A DNA stretch of 64,000 bases, taken from an uncultured Candidatus Binatia bacterium (GTDB taxonomy: Bacteria > Desulfobacterota > Binatia > UBA9968 > JAJDTQ01). A program made the position numbers and the translations under genes. The first letter of the stretch is position 1. Each line of letters opens with the position of its first letter. A model generated the notes under the pieces. That model ran no database searches and had not been told where the DNA came from. It saw only the letters and a program-made list of their open reading frames with translations. The stretch covers positions 704,001 to 768,000 of the forward strand of contig OZ251459.1 of NCBI GenBank assembly GCA_965242525.1. Direction: 5' to 3'. Below, piece after piece: positions 48,772 to 61,413 of the stretch.

Positions 48772-50480
48772 CCCCCAACCAACAACTCTCCCTCGGTTTG
48801 CCTCCATCGCCCGTCCAGGGCGACGTGCCGCTCATTCCGGTTCGGATGATCAACGAATGGGTGTACTGTCCGCGGCTGGCCTTTCTGGAGTGGGTGGAAG
48901 GGGAATGGGCCGATAGTGGCGATACCGCGGAGGGGAAGCGCGCGCACGCCCGGGTGGACGAGGGCGGGGGACGGTTGCCGGATCCTGAAGGCCTTGGTGA
49001 CGACATGGCCCGGGCCAGGGCGGTTACCCTGTCCTCGGAACGCTTGGGGATCATCGCCAAGATGGACGTGGTGGAGGCGGACGAGGGGACGGTCACGCCC
49101 GTGGACTTCAAGAAGGGGAAACGGCCGCACGTGGCCGCGGGCGCCTATGAACCCGAACGCGTCCAGGTCTGTGCGCAGGCCATGATCCTGGAGGACAACG
49201 GCTATGCGGTGGACCGGGGGGCGTTGTGGTACACGGGCTCACGCGAGAAGGTGCCGGTGGTGCTGGACAACGAGCTTCGCGCCCGGACGCTGGATGCGGT
49301 CTCGGGCTTGCGCGGGGCCGCAATCTCGGGACGTCGGCCGCCGCCGCTCGACAACAGCCCCAAGTGCCCGCGCTGCTCGTTGGCGGGCATCTGCCTGCCG
49401 GATGAGACCAACCTGTTCCGCAAGGGCTATCCGCCGCGTCCCCTGAACCCGGCTGACGACCCGGCCCTGCCGCTCTACGTGCAGACGCCCGGCGCGAGGC
49501 TGCGCAAGAGCGGCGAACAGTTGATCGTCGAGGTCGAGGAAGAAAAGGTCGAAGTGCCGATGATCAACGTTTCCCAAGTCGCGCTGTTCGGTCCGGTCTC
49601 GGTCACGACACCGGCGCTGCATGCCCTGATGCGCGACGAAATTCCGGTCTCGTGGTTCTCTACCGGCGGCTGGTTCCTGGGTCACACCTTCGGGACCGGC
49701 AACGGAAACGTGATGGTGCGCGAGGCCCAGTATCGGTTCGCGTTCGACAAGGCCCGCTGCATGGGCTTCTCGCGCGCGCTGGTGGCGGCCAAGGTGCGGA
49801 ACGCCCGCACGCTGCTGCGCCGCAACTGGCGCGCCGACCGGAACGGAGACGACAAGGATGGGACGTTGGCGCGTCTCAGGCGTGTGGCCCAGCGAGCGCC
49901 CTATGCCGACAGCGTCCAGCAACTCCTGGGCATGGAAGGGGAGGGCGCGGCGATCTATTTCGCCAACTTCGAGAAGATGCTTGCGCCAGACGCCGGAGAT
50001 GAGTTTGCCGCGTTCGCCTTCTCGACGCGCAACCGGCGCCCGCCGACGGACCCCGTGAACGCAATGTTGTCACTGGCCTATGCGCTGCTGGCGCGAACCT
50101 TTGCCGCCGCGGTCTCGGCAACCGGACTGGACACCTACATGGGGTTCTACCACCGCCCGCGCCACGGTCGTCCGGCGCTGGCCCTCGACATGATGGAGCC
50201 GTTCCGTCCCCTGGTGGCCGATTCGTGCGTGATCCAGGTCATCAACAACGGCGAGGTCAAGCCGGGCGATTTCATCTTCAACGGCCCGGCGTGCGCCTTG
50301 AAGCCGCGTGGTCGCAAGGCGCTGATCGCCGCCTTCGAGCGCCGCATGGAACAGGAGACCACCCATCCACTCTTCGGCTATCGCGTCTCCATGCGCCGGT
50401 TGATCGACGTCCAGGCGCGGCTTCTCGCCCGGCACCTGCAGGGCGAGATCCCGACCTATCCGCACTATCTCCCCCGGTAA
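48768..50480 (+). CDS. cas4/cas1: Cas4-Cas1 fusion
   Basis: YCPRL, VDFKKG, CPRCSLAGIC (Cas4 Fe-S); LLGMEGEGA, NAMLSLAY, ALDMMEPFRP (Cas1). Confidence 0.95.
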   Translation: MTPNQQLSLGLPPSPVQGDVPLIPVRMINEWVYCPRLAFLEWVEGEWADSGDTAEGKRAHARVDEGGGRLPDPEGLGDDMARARAVTLSSERLGIIAKMDVVEADEGTVTPVDFKKGKRPHVAAGAYEPERVQVCAQAMILEDNGYAVDRGALWYTGSREKVPVVLDNELRARTLDAVSGLRGAAISGRRPPPLDNSPKCPRCSLAGICLPDETNLFRKGYPPRPLNPADDPALPLYVQTPGARLRKSGEQLIVEVEEEKVEVPMINVSQVALFGPVSVTTPALHALMRDEIPVSWFSTGGWFLGHTFGTGNGNVMVREAQYRFAFDKARCMGFSRALVAAKVRNARTLLRRNWRADRNGDDKDGTLARLRRVAQRAPYADSVQQLLGMEGEGAAIYFANFEKMLAPDAGDEFAAFAFSTRNRRPPTDPVNAMLSLAYALLARTFAAAVSATGLDTYMGFYHRPRHGRPALALDMMEPFRPLVADSCVIQVINNGEVKPGDFIFNGPACALKPRGRKALIAAFERRMEQETTHPLFGYRVSMRRLIDVQARLLARHLQGEIPTYPHYLPR

Positions 50481-50485
50481 CCGTC

Positions 50486-50779
50486 ATGGCCAACGAGCGC
50501 CTCTACGTCGTTACCTACGACATCGCCGAGCCGAAGCGATGGCGTCAGGTGTTCAAGACCATGAAGGGCTACGGCCAGTGGCTGCAACTGTCGGTCTTTC
50601 AGTGCCGGTTGACGGCGCGCAGAAGGGCGGAGATGACCGCACGCCTGGAGAACCTCATCCGGCCATCGGATGACCACGTCCTGATCCTCGACCTGGGTCT
50701 CGCCGACCAGGTCCATCCCCATGTGGAAAGCATAGGCAAGGTCTATGAAACGCCCACACGCCAGGCGACCGTCGTCTAA
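50486..50779 (+). CDS. cas2: Cas2
   Basis: YVVTYDIAEPKRW...WLQLSVF. Confidence 0.95.
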   Translation: MANERLYVVTYDIAEPKRWRQVFKTMKGYGQWLQLSVFQCRLTARRRAEMTARLENLIRPSDDHVLILDLGLADQVHPHVESIGKVYETPTRQATVV

Positions 50780-50989
50780 CCCGAAAGATGCCGCGCTCCC
50801 CGCGAGTGCTCCATGAACTCCAAAACCCCAAGCAGCGCTCGCACGAGGACTTTCTCTCGAAACATCAGGAGGTTACCGGAGACCGTGACGAACATTGCAA
50901 GGAGAAATCGGGATGATCCGAAGCGACGGAGCTCAGCGCTCGCAATCCAGGGAAATAAGCCAGTCGATGCATAGAGATCGAAAGGAATG
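50780..50989 (+). promoter_or_regulatory. CRISPR leader
   Basis: Lower-GC noncoding stretch between cas2 and the first repeat; repeated GCGCTCGC motifs. Confidence 0.75.
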
Positions 50990-53900
50990 GTTTCCGGGGC
51001 GATTGTTGCCCCGGCCTCATTGAAGCGACGCGAACCAGCCCTTCGCAGTCTCCGCACCGACACGCTCGTTTCCGGGGCGATTGTTGCCCCGGCCTCATTG
51101 AAGCATGCGCACCGTCCCCTCTTCCACGAAGTAGAAATGCGGAGGTTTCCGGGGCGATTGTTGCCCCGGCCTCATTGAAGCCGAGTGAGCAACCGGGACC
51201 CCACATCCGGGCCAACAGTTTCCGGGGCGATTGTTGCCCCGGCCTCATTGAAGCCCCGAGCACGGCACCGTGTGGATCCAGATGGTCCTCAGTTTCCGGG
51301 GCGATTGTTGCCCCGGCCTCATTGAAGCGCCGGCACCTTCCCGGTCGCGTCCAGCTCGCACACCGTTTCCGGGGCGATTGTTGCCCCGGCCTCATTGAAG
51401 CAGGCCCTCGATCACGCGGGCGGCCGAGGCCCAGCTCAGTTTCCGGGGCGATTGTTGCCCCGGCCTCATTGAAGCGCCGGCACCTTCCCGGTCGCGTCCA
51501 GCTCGCACACCGTTTCCGGGGCGATTGTTGCCCCGGCCTCATTGAAGCGAGGCCCGGGCCGGTCTCCCCGGACCGCGCTTCGATGTTTCCGGGGCGATTG
51601 TTGCCCCGGCCTCATTGAAGCGCTACTACTGGACGCGCTCCCCGAAGGGGCCGTGGAGTTTCCGGGGCGATTGTTGCCCCGGCCTCATTGAAGCAACTTG
51701 CGGGTGCTGATCGGGGAGCCCTGGCACAACTGTTTCCGGGGCGATTGTTGCCCCGGCCTCATTGAAGCGGCGTGGGCCTCCCCGCGGCCAGGATCAATGG
51801 CCCGTCCAGTTTCCGGGGCGATTGTTGCCCCGGCCTCATTGAAGCGCGTCTAAGGCACGTTCTCGGGGACGGCGCCCGGACGTTTCCGGGGCGATTGTTG
51901 CCCCGGCCTCATTGAAGCTTGGAGTTCCTCGATGAGGCCCGCTCCGTCGCTGCTGGTTTCCGGGGCGATTGTTGCCCCGGCCTCATTGAAGCTCGGGGAC
52001 GGCGCCCGGACCGCGTGACTCCCTCTTGACGGGTTTCCGGGGCGATTGTTGCCCCGGCCTCATTGAAGCTGCTGGTTCGACGAGACGGCGCATCGGTTCC
52101 TCGACGTGTTTCCGGGGCGATTGTTGCCCCGGCCTCATTGAAGCAACCAACCAGGGACCCTCTCCGAAGCCCGCGTCAGGTTTCCGGGGCGATTGTTGCC
52201 CCGGCCTCATTGAAGCCGGTTTCCGTGGGATGTTGTGCGAGGGTTGCGCGGGAAGTTTCCGGGGCGATTGTTGCCCCGGCCTCATTGAAGCGATGGGCGT
52301 CGCCGAGAGCCAGGGGTGGGCCTGGGACAAGGTTTCCGGGGCGATTGTTGCCCCGGCCTCATTGAAGCGAGAAGGGTACGAAGAACCGGCGCACCAGCAG
52401 CGGGGCGTTTCCGGGGCGATTGTTGCCCCGGCCTCATTGAAGCAGGGTAACTCGTCTACTGGGCAAGGACGTAGACGAGTTTCCGGGGCGATTGTTGCCC
52501 CGGCCTCATTGAAGCCGGACCTCTTCCACCAGCCGCTCCAGGGCGGCAGACGTTTCCGGGGCGATTGTTGCCCCGGCCTCATTGAAGCGTCGTTGATCGT
52601 GTTGCGGATGGCGTCCGGCATGATGTTTCCGGGGCGATTGTTGCCCCGGCCTCATTGAAGCTCCCGACGGCATGCTCTGCATCTCACCGCATCGCTCGCA
52701 GTTTCCGGGGCGATTGTTGCCCCGGCCTCATTGAAGCGTGCACTTCATCGCTCTCGACGTTGGTGGAGGCATGAAGTTTCCGGGGCGATTGTTGCCCCGG
52801 CCTCATTGAAGCCCCGGAGACGCAGATTCCCGAAATGGGTATCACCTTGGCGGGTTTCCGGGGCGATTGTTGCCCCGGCCTCATTGAAGCGCGTACGGCC
52901 TTGAGGATTTTGGCCCGATTTGCAATCGTTTCCGGGGCGATTGTTGCCCCGGCCTCATTGAAGCGGGAACTCTTCGGCGGCCTGTGCGAGCTTCCAATCG
53001 TTTCCGGGGCGATTGTTGCCCCGGCCTCATTGAAGCAGGAAGTCCTCGGACCGGCTGGAGGCATCGGGTACTGTTTCCGGGGCGATTGTTGCCCCGGCCT
53101 CATTGAAGCCGCGACTCCTCGCCGGTCCTCGCGGTCCGCCCGCATGTTTCCGGGGCGATTGTTGCCCCGGCCTCATTGAAGCGACGATGGCGCCTCCATG
53201 GATCCGCATGATCCCCTGGGTTTCCGGGGCGATTGTTGCCCCGGCCTCATTGAAGCTAGCCATCTATCGCTAGGTCCGGATGTAGTCATGGATGTTTCCG
53301 GGGCGATTGTTGCCCCGGCCTCATTGAAGCAGCGGGACGGACGGACGGCGCTGCACGGAGTGCGGGGTTTCCGGGGCGATTGTTGCCCCGGCCTCATTGA
53401 AGCACCGGCAAGGTAACCGGACTGCCAACCACGTACGCGCAGTTTCCGGGGCGATTGTTGCCCCGGCCTCATTGAAGCAGCATCACGTTCAGCCCAACGT
53501 TGCTATTCAGGTAGTGTTTCCGGGGCGATTGTTGCCCCGGCCTCATTGAAGCTGGGATTACTGTCTGAAGGGGAACGGGTATCTGCACGTTTCCGGGGCG
53601 ATTGTTGCCCCGGCCTCATTGAAGCTCAACATGGCAACCACCCGGTAACCACCCGGTAACGTTTCCGGGGCGATTGTTGCCCCGGCCTCATTGAAGCACT
53701 GCACGAGAGACCACATCCGCCGTTGCCTTCTCGTCGTTTCCGGGGCGATTGTTGCCCCGGCCTCATTGAAGCCGGGATGATGGGCTTCAGCTTGTCTATC
53801 AACCCCTCCAGTTTCCGGGGCGATTGTTGCCCCGGCCTCATTGAAGCGCGGCGCATATCTGGAGGCGGAATCTGGCGGGTCGGCTGTTTCCGGGGCGATT

Positions 53901-56900
53901 GTTGCCCCGGCCTCATTGAAGCCACGGAACCGCATTGGGTTTTCTACGACGTGAACGAACGTTTCCGGGGCGATTGTTGCCCCGGCCTCATTGAAGCACC
54001 ATCCCCTACTCTCCTTTCCCGTTTCGCCGCCGGAGTTTCCGGGGCGATTGTTGCCCCGGCCTCATTGAAGCACAAGAGATCATAGTGAGAGACACAATAC
54101 TACTGGACAGTTTCCGGGGCGATTGTTGCCCCGGCCTCATTGAAGCTGCAAAGCCCCCATGACGATCCGCCCCCACGCGGGGGTTTCCGGGGCGATTGTT
54201 GCCCCGGCCTCATTGAAGCTGCGCGGTGCCGCTCGAGTCGTACGCCAGCGCCCACAGTTTCCGGGGCGATTGTTGCCCCGGCCTCATTGAAGCAGAGAAA
54301 AGTGATCCACTGGAAACTCCTTCCTCGACCGTTTCCGGGGCGATTGTTGCCCCGGCCTCATTGAAGCGTCAGGAACGGGAAGGCGTCCAGGGCCGCGTAG
54401 TCGGTTTCCGGGGCGATTGTTGCCCCGGCCTCATTGAAGCGTCTCCGCCGACCGCCACCAGCCACAGGCCCGCGGCGTTTCCGGGGCGATTGTTGCCCCG
54501 GCCTCATTGAAGCCGTCGGGCGATCTCCGGAGCGCGCGCGATGTCCCCGGTTTCCGGGGCGATTGTTGCCCCGGCCTCATTGAAGCCCCCGGTTGGTGAT
54601 GTCGATGCGCACCACCACCCCCGTTTCCGGGGCGATTGTTGCCCCGGCCTCATTGAAGCAGGACAACCGGGGACTACGGCGACTGGATCGACATCGCGGG
54701 TTTCCGGGGCGATTGTTGCCCCGGCCTCATTGAAGCCAGGCCAGAGCGGTGAACCGGACGGGCGACGGAGCCGGGTTTCCGGGGCGATTGTTGCCCCGGC
54801 CTCATTGAAGCCGGGCGCCGCCCGCCACCCGCTCCGCTTGAAGTTGGCCTGTTTCCGGGGCGATTGTTGCCCCGGCCTCATTGAAGCGTCGAGGACCTCA
54901 AGCAGGTAGAGGGAGGAACCACATTGGTTTCCGGGGCGATTGTTGCCCCGGCCTCATTGAAGCACCCATTCCTCAAGTATCTTCAAGGGCTGGAAATGCG
55001 TTTCCGGGGCGATTGTTGCCCCGGCCTCATTGAAGCTTCTCGTCCACAACCGCACGGCGCAACACACCGGACAGTTTCCGGGGCGATTGTTGCCCCGGCC
55101 TCATTGAAGCGGGGTCAATGAGGGATGTAATGCAGGTAGATATAATCGTTTCCGGGGCGATTGTTGCCCCGGCCTCATTGAAGCTGCCAGCTGGCTCTGT
55201 GCGTCGATCATCGTGGCCTCCTAGTTTCCGGGGCGATTGTTGCCCCGGCCTCATTGAAGCAACTCATCCCCTGAGGGTCCTGTCGTCGTGAGCGTGAGTT
55301 TCCGGGGCGATTGTTGCCCCGGCCTCATTGAAGCGACTCATCCCCTGAGGGTCCTGTCGTCGTGAGCGTGGTTTCCGGGGCGATTGTTGCCCCGGCCTCA
55401 TTGAAGCTTTGCCTCGGCAAGCGTCTGGCCGCCTACTCCGCTGTGTTTCCGGGGCGATTGTTGCCCCGGCCTCATTGAAGCGAGGCCCGCCGCGGACGTC
55501 CATACGGCCCCGGCCGGGAGTTTCCGGGGCGATTGTTGCCCCGGCCTCATTGAAGCAGCAGCGTTCCCACTCCGGCCGCGGCGCCCGCGAGCCGTTTCCG
55601 GGGCGATTGTTGCCCCGGCCTCATTGAAGCCATCGGCTGACCCAGGCGGCGACGGTGCGGGTGACGGTTTCCGGGGCGATTGTTGCCCCGGCCTCATTGA
55701 AGCGGGGCCGCCGCCTACCGGTCCGGGGGGCGGTGGGGGTGTTTCCGGGGCGATTGTTGCCCCGGCCTCATTGAAGCACGGCAACCGACTCGACAGGCAC
55801 ACGATCCAGTTCGAGTTTCCGGGGCGATTGTTGCCCCGGCCTCATTGAAGCCCTGGCAACCTTTGTCCCAAGTCCACCCCTTCCAAACGTTTCCGGGGCG
55901 ATTGTTGCCCCGGCCTCATTGAAGCCATACTCAGGACGATACAACTTCAATACCCTGTTCCTGGTTTCCGGGGCGATTGTTGCCCCGGCCTCATTGAAGC
56001 GCGACCTCGGGCTCTCCGTCTCTCTCTGCTCTCTCGATGTTTCCGGGGCGATTGTTGCCCCGGCCTCATTGAAGCACGCCGTCCACCGTCCGCGTCCGGG
56101 GCGCGTCCTTCGTTTCCGGGGCGATTGTTGCCCCGGCCTCATTGAAGCCCGGCGCCGGGTCCGCTGGCGGCCGCGGCGCCGCCGAGTTTCCGGGGCGATT
56201 GTTGCCCCGGCCTCATTGAAGCGCTCGGACGATGCCGCTACAGAGTGGGCCAGACTGGAGTTTCCGGGGCGATTGTTGCCCCGGCCTCATTGAAGCATCG
56301 CCCGCGGCGACGTGGTCTACATGTGCATGGTGTTTCCGGGGCGATTGTTGCCCCGGCCTCATTGAAGCATTGCGGATCAGATCCCAGATCGGTTCCGTAT
56401 CCGCGTTTCCGGGGCGATTGTTGCCCCGGCCTCATTGAAGCCTGGCGTATCTCGATTCGGCTCGTGCTGGAGCAGGGGTGTTTCCGGGGCGATTGTTGCC
56501 CCGGCCTCATTGAAGCAACACCTTGACCGTAGCGAGCTGGCGGATGGGAGACGGTTTCCGGGGCGATTGTTGCCCCGGCCTCATTGAAGCGGTCATCCAC
56601 GACAGTGCCTGGCGGACGTACTCTTCGAGTTTCCGGGGCGATTGTTGCCCCGGCCTCATTGAAGCCCACCCGTAGATGTGGGTTCGCGCTCGTTGCTCCG
56701 AGTTTCCGGGGCGATTGTTGCCCCGGCCTCATTGAAGCATACAAGACTGTGACCTCCAACGAGCGACGGACGCCAGTTTCCGGGGCGATTGTTGCCCCGG
56801 CCTCATTGAAGCGCGGTGTTGCTCCACACCCTGCCGCGGCGGAGCTGGAGTTTCCGGGGCGATTGTTGCCCCGGCCTCATTGAAGCAACTCGGGCAGGGC

Positions 56901-59900
56901 CGCGTAGATCTCCCGCAGGTGGTTTCCGGGGCGATTGTTGCCCCGGCCTCATTGAAGCGGCGGGATCGTCGGGTTCGCGGTGGTCGGGTCTTCGGGGTTT
57001 CCGGGGCGATTGTTGCCCCGGCCTCATTGAAGCCGGCGGGCCGGTCCGTGGTGTCGAGACCGGCCCATCGTTTCCGGGGCGATTGTTGCCCCGGCCTCAT
57101 TGAAGCTCGCCCTGCCAGCCTAGGCTAGGCTAGGCGGTGCCCACGCGTTTCCGGGGCGATTGTTGCCCCGGCCTCATTGAAGCAGCGGGTCGTTCACCAC
57201 TCGGACCGGGGCCGCGATGTGTTTCCGGGGCGATTGTTGCCCCGGCCTCATTGAAGCGAGCCCACCCTGGTGTCCGACGAGGACGGACGCCCGGCCAGTT
57301 TCCGGGGCGATTGTTGCCCCGGCCTCATTGAAGCTGGGCGATCTGCACGGCGATCTGGACCATGACCTCCACGTTTCCGGGGCGATTGTTGCCCCGGCCT
57401 CATTGAAGCGACACGATCACAGGCGCGATAGCGAGACTGCGCGACGTTTCCGGGGCGATTGTTGCCCCGGCCTCATTGAAGCGAGGGCGGCTTCCTCCGC
57501 GGCGAGGCGCTGGCGCTCGGGTTTCCGGGGCGATTGTTGCCCCGGCCTCATTGAAGCCCCGGGACTCCAAAGAGAAAGGACATGGGGACGATGGGTTTCC
57601 GGGGCGATTGTTGCCCCGGCCTCATTGAAGCTGCGCGATCTTCTTCACATCGTCGGCGTCCCAAAACTGTTTCCGGGGCGATTGTTGCCCCGGCCTCATT
57701 GAAGCCGGAGACAGGAGGATGCGATATCCGCACTGTCGCGGGCGTTTCCGGGGCGATTGTTGCCCCGGCCTCATTGAAGCCACGTCGCGGAGCACACGGC
57801 CTCCGCGGCAGGCCGCCGTTTCCGGGGCGATTGTTGCCCCGGCCTCATTGAAGCGACATCGGGGAGGGGGGAGCAGACCTGTGCGCCACCGTGGTTTCCG
57901 GGGCGATTGTTGCCCCGGCCTCATTGAAGCGGCACCGGCACGCGGCGCGCCACCATGGCGCTGAGGCGTTTCCGGGGCGATTGTTGCCCCGGCCTCATTG
58001 AAGCAGCCGGCAGCGGTGGTGCTGCTCTGCGGGAGGCCAGTAGTTTCCGGGGCGATTGTTGCCCCGGCCTCATTGAAGCCCACACGGATAGATGTTGCTG
58101 GAGGTGCTCGATCGCGTTTCCGGGGCGATTGTTGCCCCGGCCTCATTGAAGCAATGAGGAATTTGCCAAACGCCTGAAGGAGATAGACAAGGTTTCCGGG
58201 GCGATTGTTGCCCCGGCCTCATTGAAGCTTAGGGTCTGGAAGATGTGCCCGTCAGAGAGGGTCTCGTTTCCGGGGCGATTGTTGCCCCGGCCTCATTGAA
58301 GCATAATGGGGTCCACCACGCTCAGCCGGATGCTCTCCCGGTTTCCGGGGCGATTGTTGCCCCGGCCTCATTGAAGCAGCCTGCAGCGGTGGTGCTGCTC
58401 TGCGGGAGGCCAGTGTTTCCGGGGCGATTGTTGCCCCGGCCTCATTGAAGCTAGCTCGCCTCGACCAGCCGCTGGCGGCAGCGCCCGGGTTTCCGGGGCG
58501 ATTGTTGCCCCGGCCTCATTGAAGCCTCCACCGTGAGGAGCCGCCGCGCAAGATCATCGGCGGGTTTCCGGGGCGATTGTTGCCCCGGCCTCATTGAAGG
58601 TTCGAAAGGTCCACACGCTCCACCTGATGGACCGAGGTTTCCGGGGCGATTGTTGCCCCGGCCTCATTGAAGGGCGCGGCGCTCCTTCTTGCGCCGCGCC
58701 GCCCGCTCCTGTTTCCGGGGCGATTGTTGCCCCGGCCTCATTGAAGGGCCGACAACCTCCGCCCCATCCTTGAACGCAAGGGATGGGTTTCCGGGACGAT
58801 TGTTGCCCCGGCCTCATTGAAGGCGTACCTCCCGCCTGTCCTTCCCAGTAGTGATAAATACCTGTTTCCGGGGCGATTGTTGCCCCGGCCTCATTGAAGG
58901 GTCCTATACGTCTAGTAGCTTCTTCTCTCTCCTTTCTACGTTTCCGGGGCGATTGTTGCCCCGGCCTCATTGAAGGCCGCGCCGCCGAAGGAGCAGTGGT
59001 AAACCAGCGGGGCGAGGTTTCCGGGGCGATTGTTGCCCCGGCCTCATTGAAGGGCCGCGGATGCGTCCGACAGGCCCGCCACCAGCGCGTGTTTCCGGGG
59101 CGATTGTTGCCCCGGCCTCATTGAAGGGGCGTCGGCCTTGTCGATGTCGAGCAGCATGAGGGGGGTTTCCGGGGCGATTGTTGCCCCGGCCTCATTGAAG
59201 GATGATCTGCATCATCTACCTCCTGTCCGGCCTTGTGGGTTTCCGGGGCGATTGTTGCCCCGGCCTCATTGAAGGGACAACAGGCGGACTGGCGAGGCAA
59301 TATCCGTCAGTGGTTTCCGGGGCGATTGTTGCCCCGGCCTCATTGAAGGTGGACGGCGCGCCTTTCGCGGACGGCTGGCACATTGTTTCCGGGGCGATTG
59401 TTGCCCCGGCCTCATTGAAGACTGGAATAGATACAACGCAAGCAGATCCAAGAGCGTTTCCGGGGCGATTGTTGCCCCGGCCTCATTGAAGGGGCGTTGA
59501 GCCTGGCGGAACACGGGCGGCGGGACTCCGGTTTCCGGGGCGATTGTTGCCCCGGCCTCATTGAAGGAACAGGTTTTTGTCGATGGGGGTCATGGGGTCT
59601 CTCGTTTCCGGGGCGATTGTTGCCCCGGCCTCATTGAAGGACGGCGGCGCACAGGCGCAAGGAGGCGGTAGCATGGTTTCCGGGGCGATTGTTGCCCCGG
59701 CCTCATTGAAGGCCCTTCCGTTGCGCCCGCCTACTCAACCGGACGATCCCGTTTCCGGGGCGATTGTTGCCCCGGCCTCATTGAAGGGAGTTCGGCGATA
59801 CGGAAGTCGTCGACCTCGGTGCGGTTTCCGGGGCGATTGTTGCCCCGGCCTCATTGAAGGCCGAGGATGGGGAAGACGCCCAGGCCGAAGCTGACGTTTC

Positions 59901-61413
59901 CGGGGCGATTGTTGCCCCGGCCTCATTGAAGGAGGACGTGCGCCGGGCCAAGCGGATCATGCAGCAGCGGTTTCCGGGGCGATTGTTGCCCCGGCCTCAT
60001 TGAAGGAGGACGTGCGCCGGGCCAAGCGGATCATGCAGCAGCGGTTTCCGGGGCGATTGTTGCCCCGGCCTCATTGAAGTGGCCTGGCGGCCGGCGATGA
60101 TGGACGGGACCGCGGAGTTTCCGGGGCGATTGTTGCCCCGGCCTCATTGAAGTGCCCCACCGTTCTATCGTATCAAGCCTGGCGTCTACGACGTTTCCGG
60201 GGCGATTGTTGCCCCGGCCTCATTGAAGTCGTGGGGGGCTGTGGCGACGGCGGAATACCTGCACCTGTTTCCGGGGCGATTGTTGCCCCGGCCTCATTGA
60301 AGTATTCCGGCAGGGGGGGCAAGGGTCAGGGACCAGGGCGTTTCCGGGGCGATTGTTGCCCCGGCCTCATTGAAGTAAGCTCGACTGGCTCGACTACTTC
60401 GGCGGCTACCTGGTTTCCGGGGCGATTGTTGCCCCGGCCTCATTGAAGTGCCGAAGCCTTGACCTTCCACTACCTCGAAGCCGACGAGTTTCCGGGGCGA
60501 TTGTTGCCCCGGCCTCATTGAAGTAGGTGTACTTACTCCGTAGGTTCGGGTATCACCCGAGTTTCCGGGGCGATTGTTGCCCCGGCCTCATTGAAGACTG
60601 CCGTGGGGTCTGCCGTCTTCGATGGCGTGCGCGGTTTCCGGGGCGATTGTTGCCCCGGCCTCATTGAAGCGGCCAGCCGATACGGGTCCACCACAGCCGG
60701 GTCATCGTTTCCGGGGCGATTGTTGCCCCGGCCTCATTGAAGACCGTTCCTGGGCAATCCAACCAACCGAGATCGGGCCTGTTTCCGGGGCGATTGTTGC
60801 CCCGGCCTCATTGAAGCGGCCAGCCGATACGGGTCCACCACAGCCGGGTCATCGTTTCCGGGGCGATTGTTGCCCCGGCCTCATTGAAGCTCGCCGTGCT
60901 CGCCGGGGAACAGGTCCTCGGTGACGGAGTTTCCGGGGCGATTGTTGCCCCGGCCTCATTGAAGCAGGATCGGGTACAGTTGTGTTGCCTCGCTCATCCC
61001 GCGGTTTCCGGGGCGATTGTTGCCCCGGCCTCATTGAAGCAGGAACGAGATCGCAGAGAAGCGCGAGCGGAAGCACCGGTTTCCGGGGCGATTGTTGCCC
61101 CGGCCTCATTGAAGCTCGTAGTCTACTAGCACTGTATCTCTGCAGATTATCACGTTTCCGGGGCGATTGTTGCCCCGGCCTCATTGAAGCCGAGGGTGTC
61201 TCCGAGCGGCGCCATCTCCATGTGCCCCGTTTCCGGGGCGATTGTTGCCCCGGCCTCATTGAAGCGGTTGCCAGGTAGAAGGTCCTGATGTCCCGCTGAC
61301 GCGTTTCCGGGGCGATTGTTGCCCCGGCCTCATTGAAGCACCGGGAAGGGACGCCTGTGGTAGCGGGAAGGAATGAGTTTCCGGGGCGATTGTTGCCCCG
61401 GCCTCATTGAAGC
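50990..61413 (+). CRISPR. CRISPR array, about 141 repeats GTTTCCGGGGCGATTGTTGCCCCGGCCTCATTGAAG(N), spacers about 34-41 nt
   Basis: Manual count; CCGGGGC/GCCCCGG hairpin; ATTGAAG 3' end; one variant repeat at 58787. Confidence 0.98.

Noticed and set aside
50776-61278. Dozens of ORFs across the CRISPR array
   Set aside because: They are translations of the repeat (MRPGQQSPRK, FRGDCCPGLIE, VSGAIVAPASLK), not genes.
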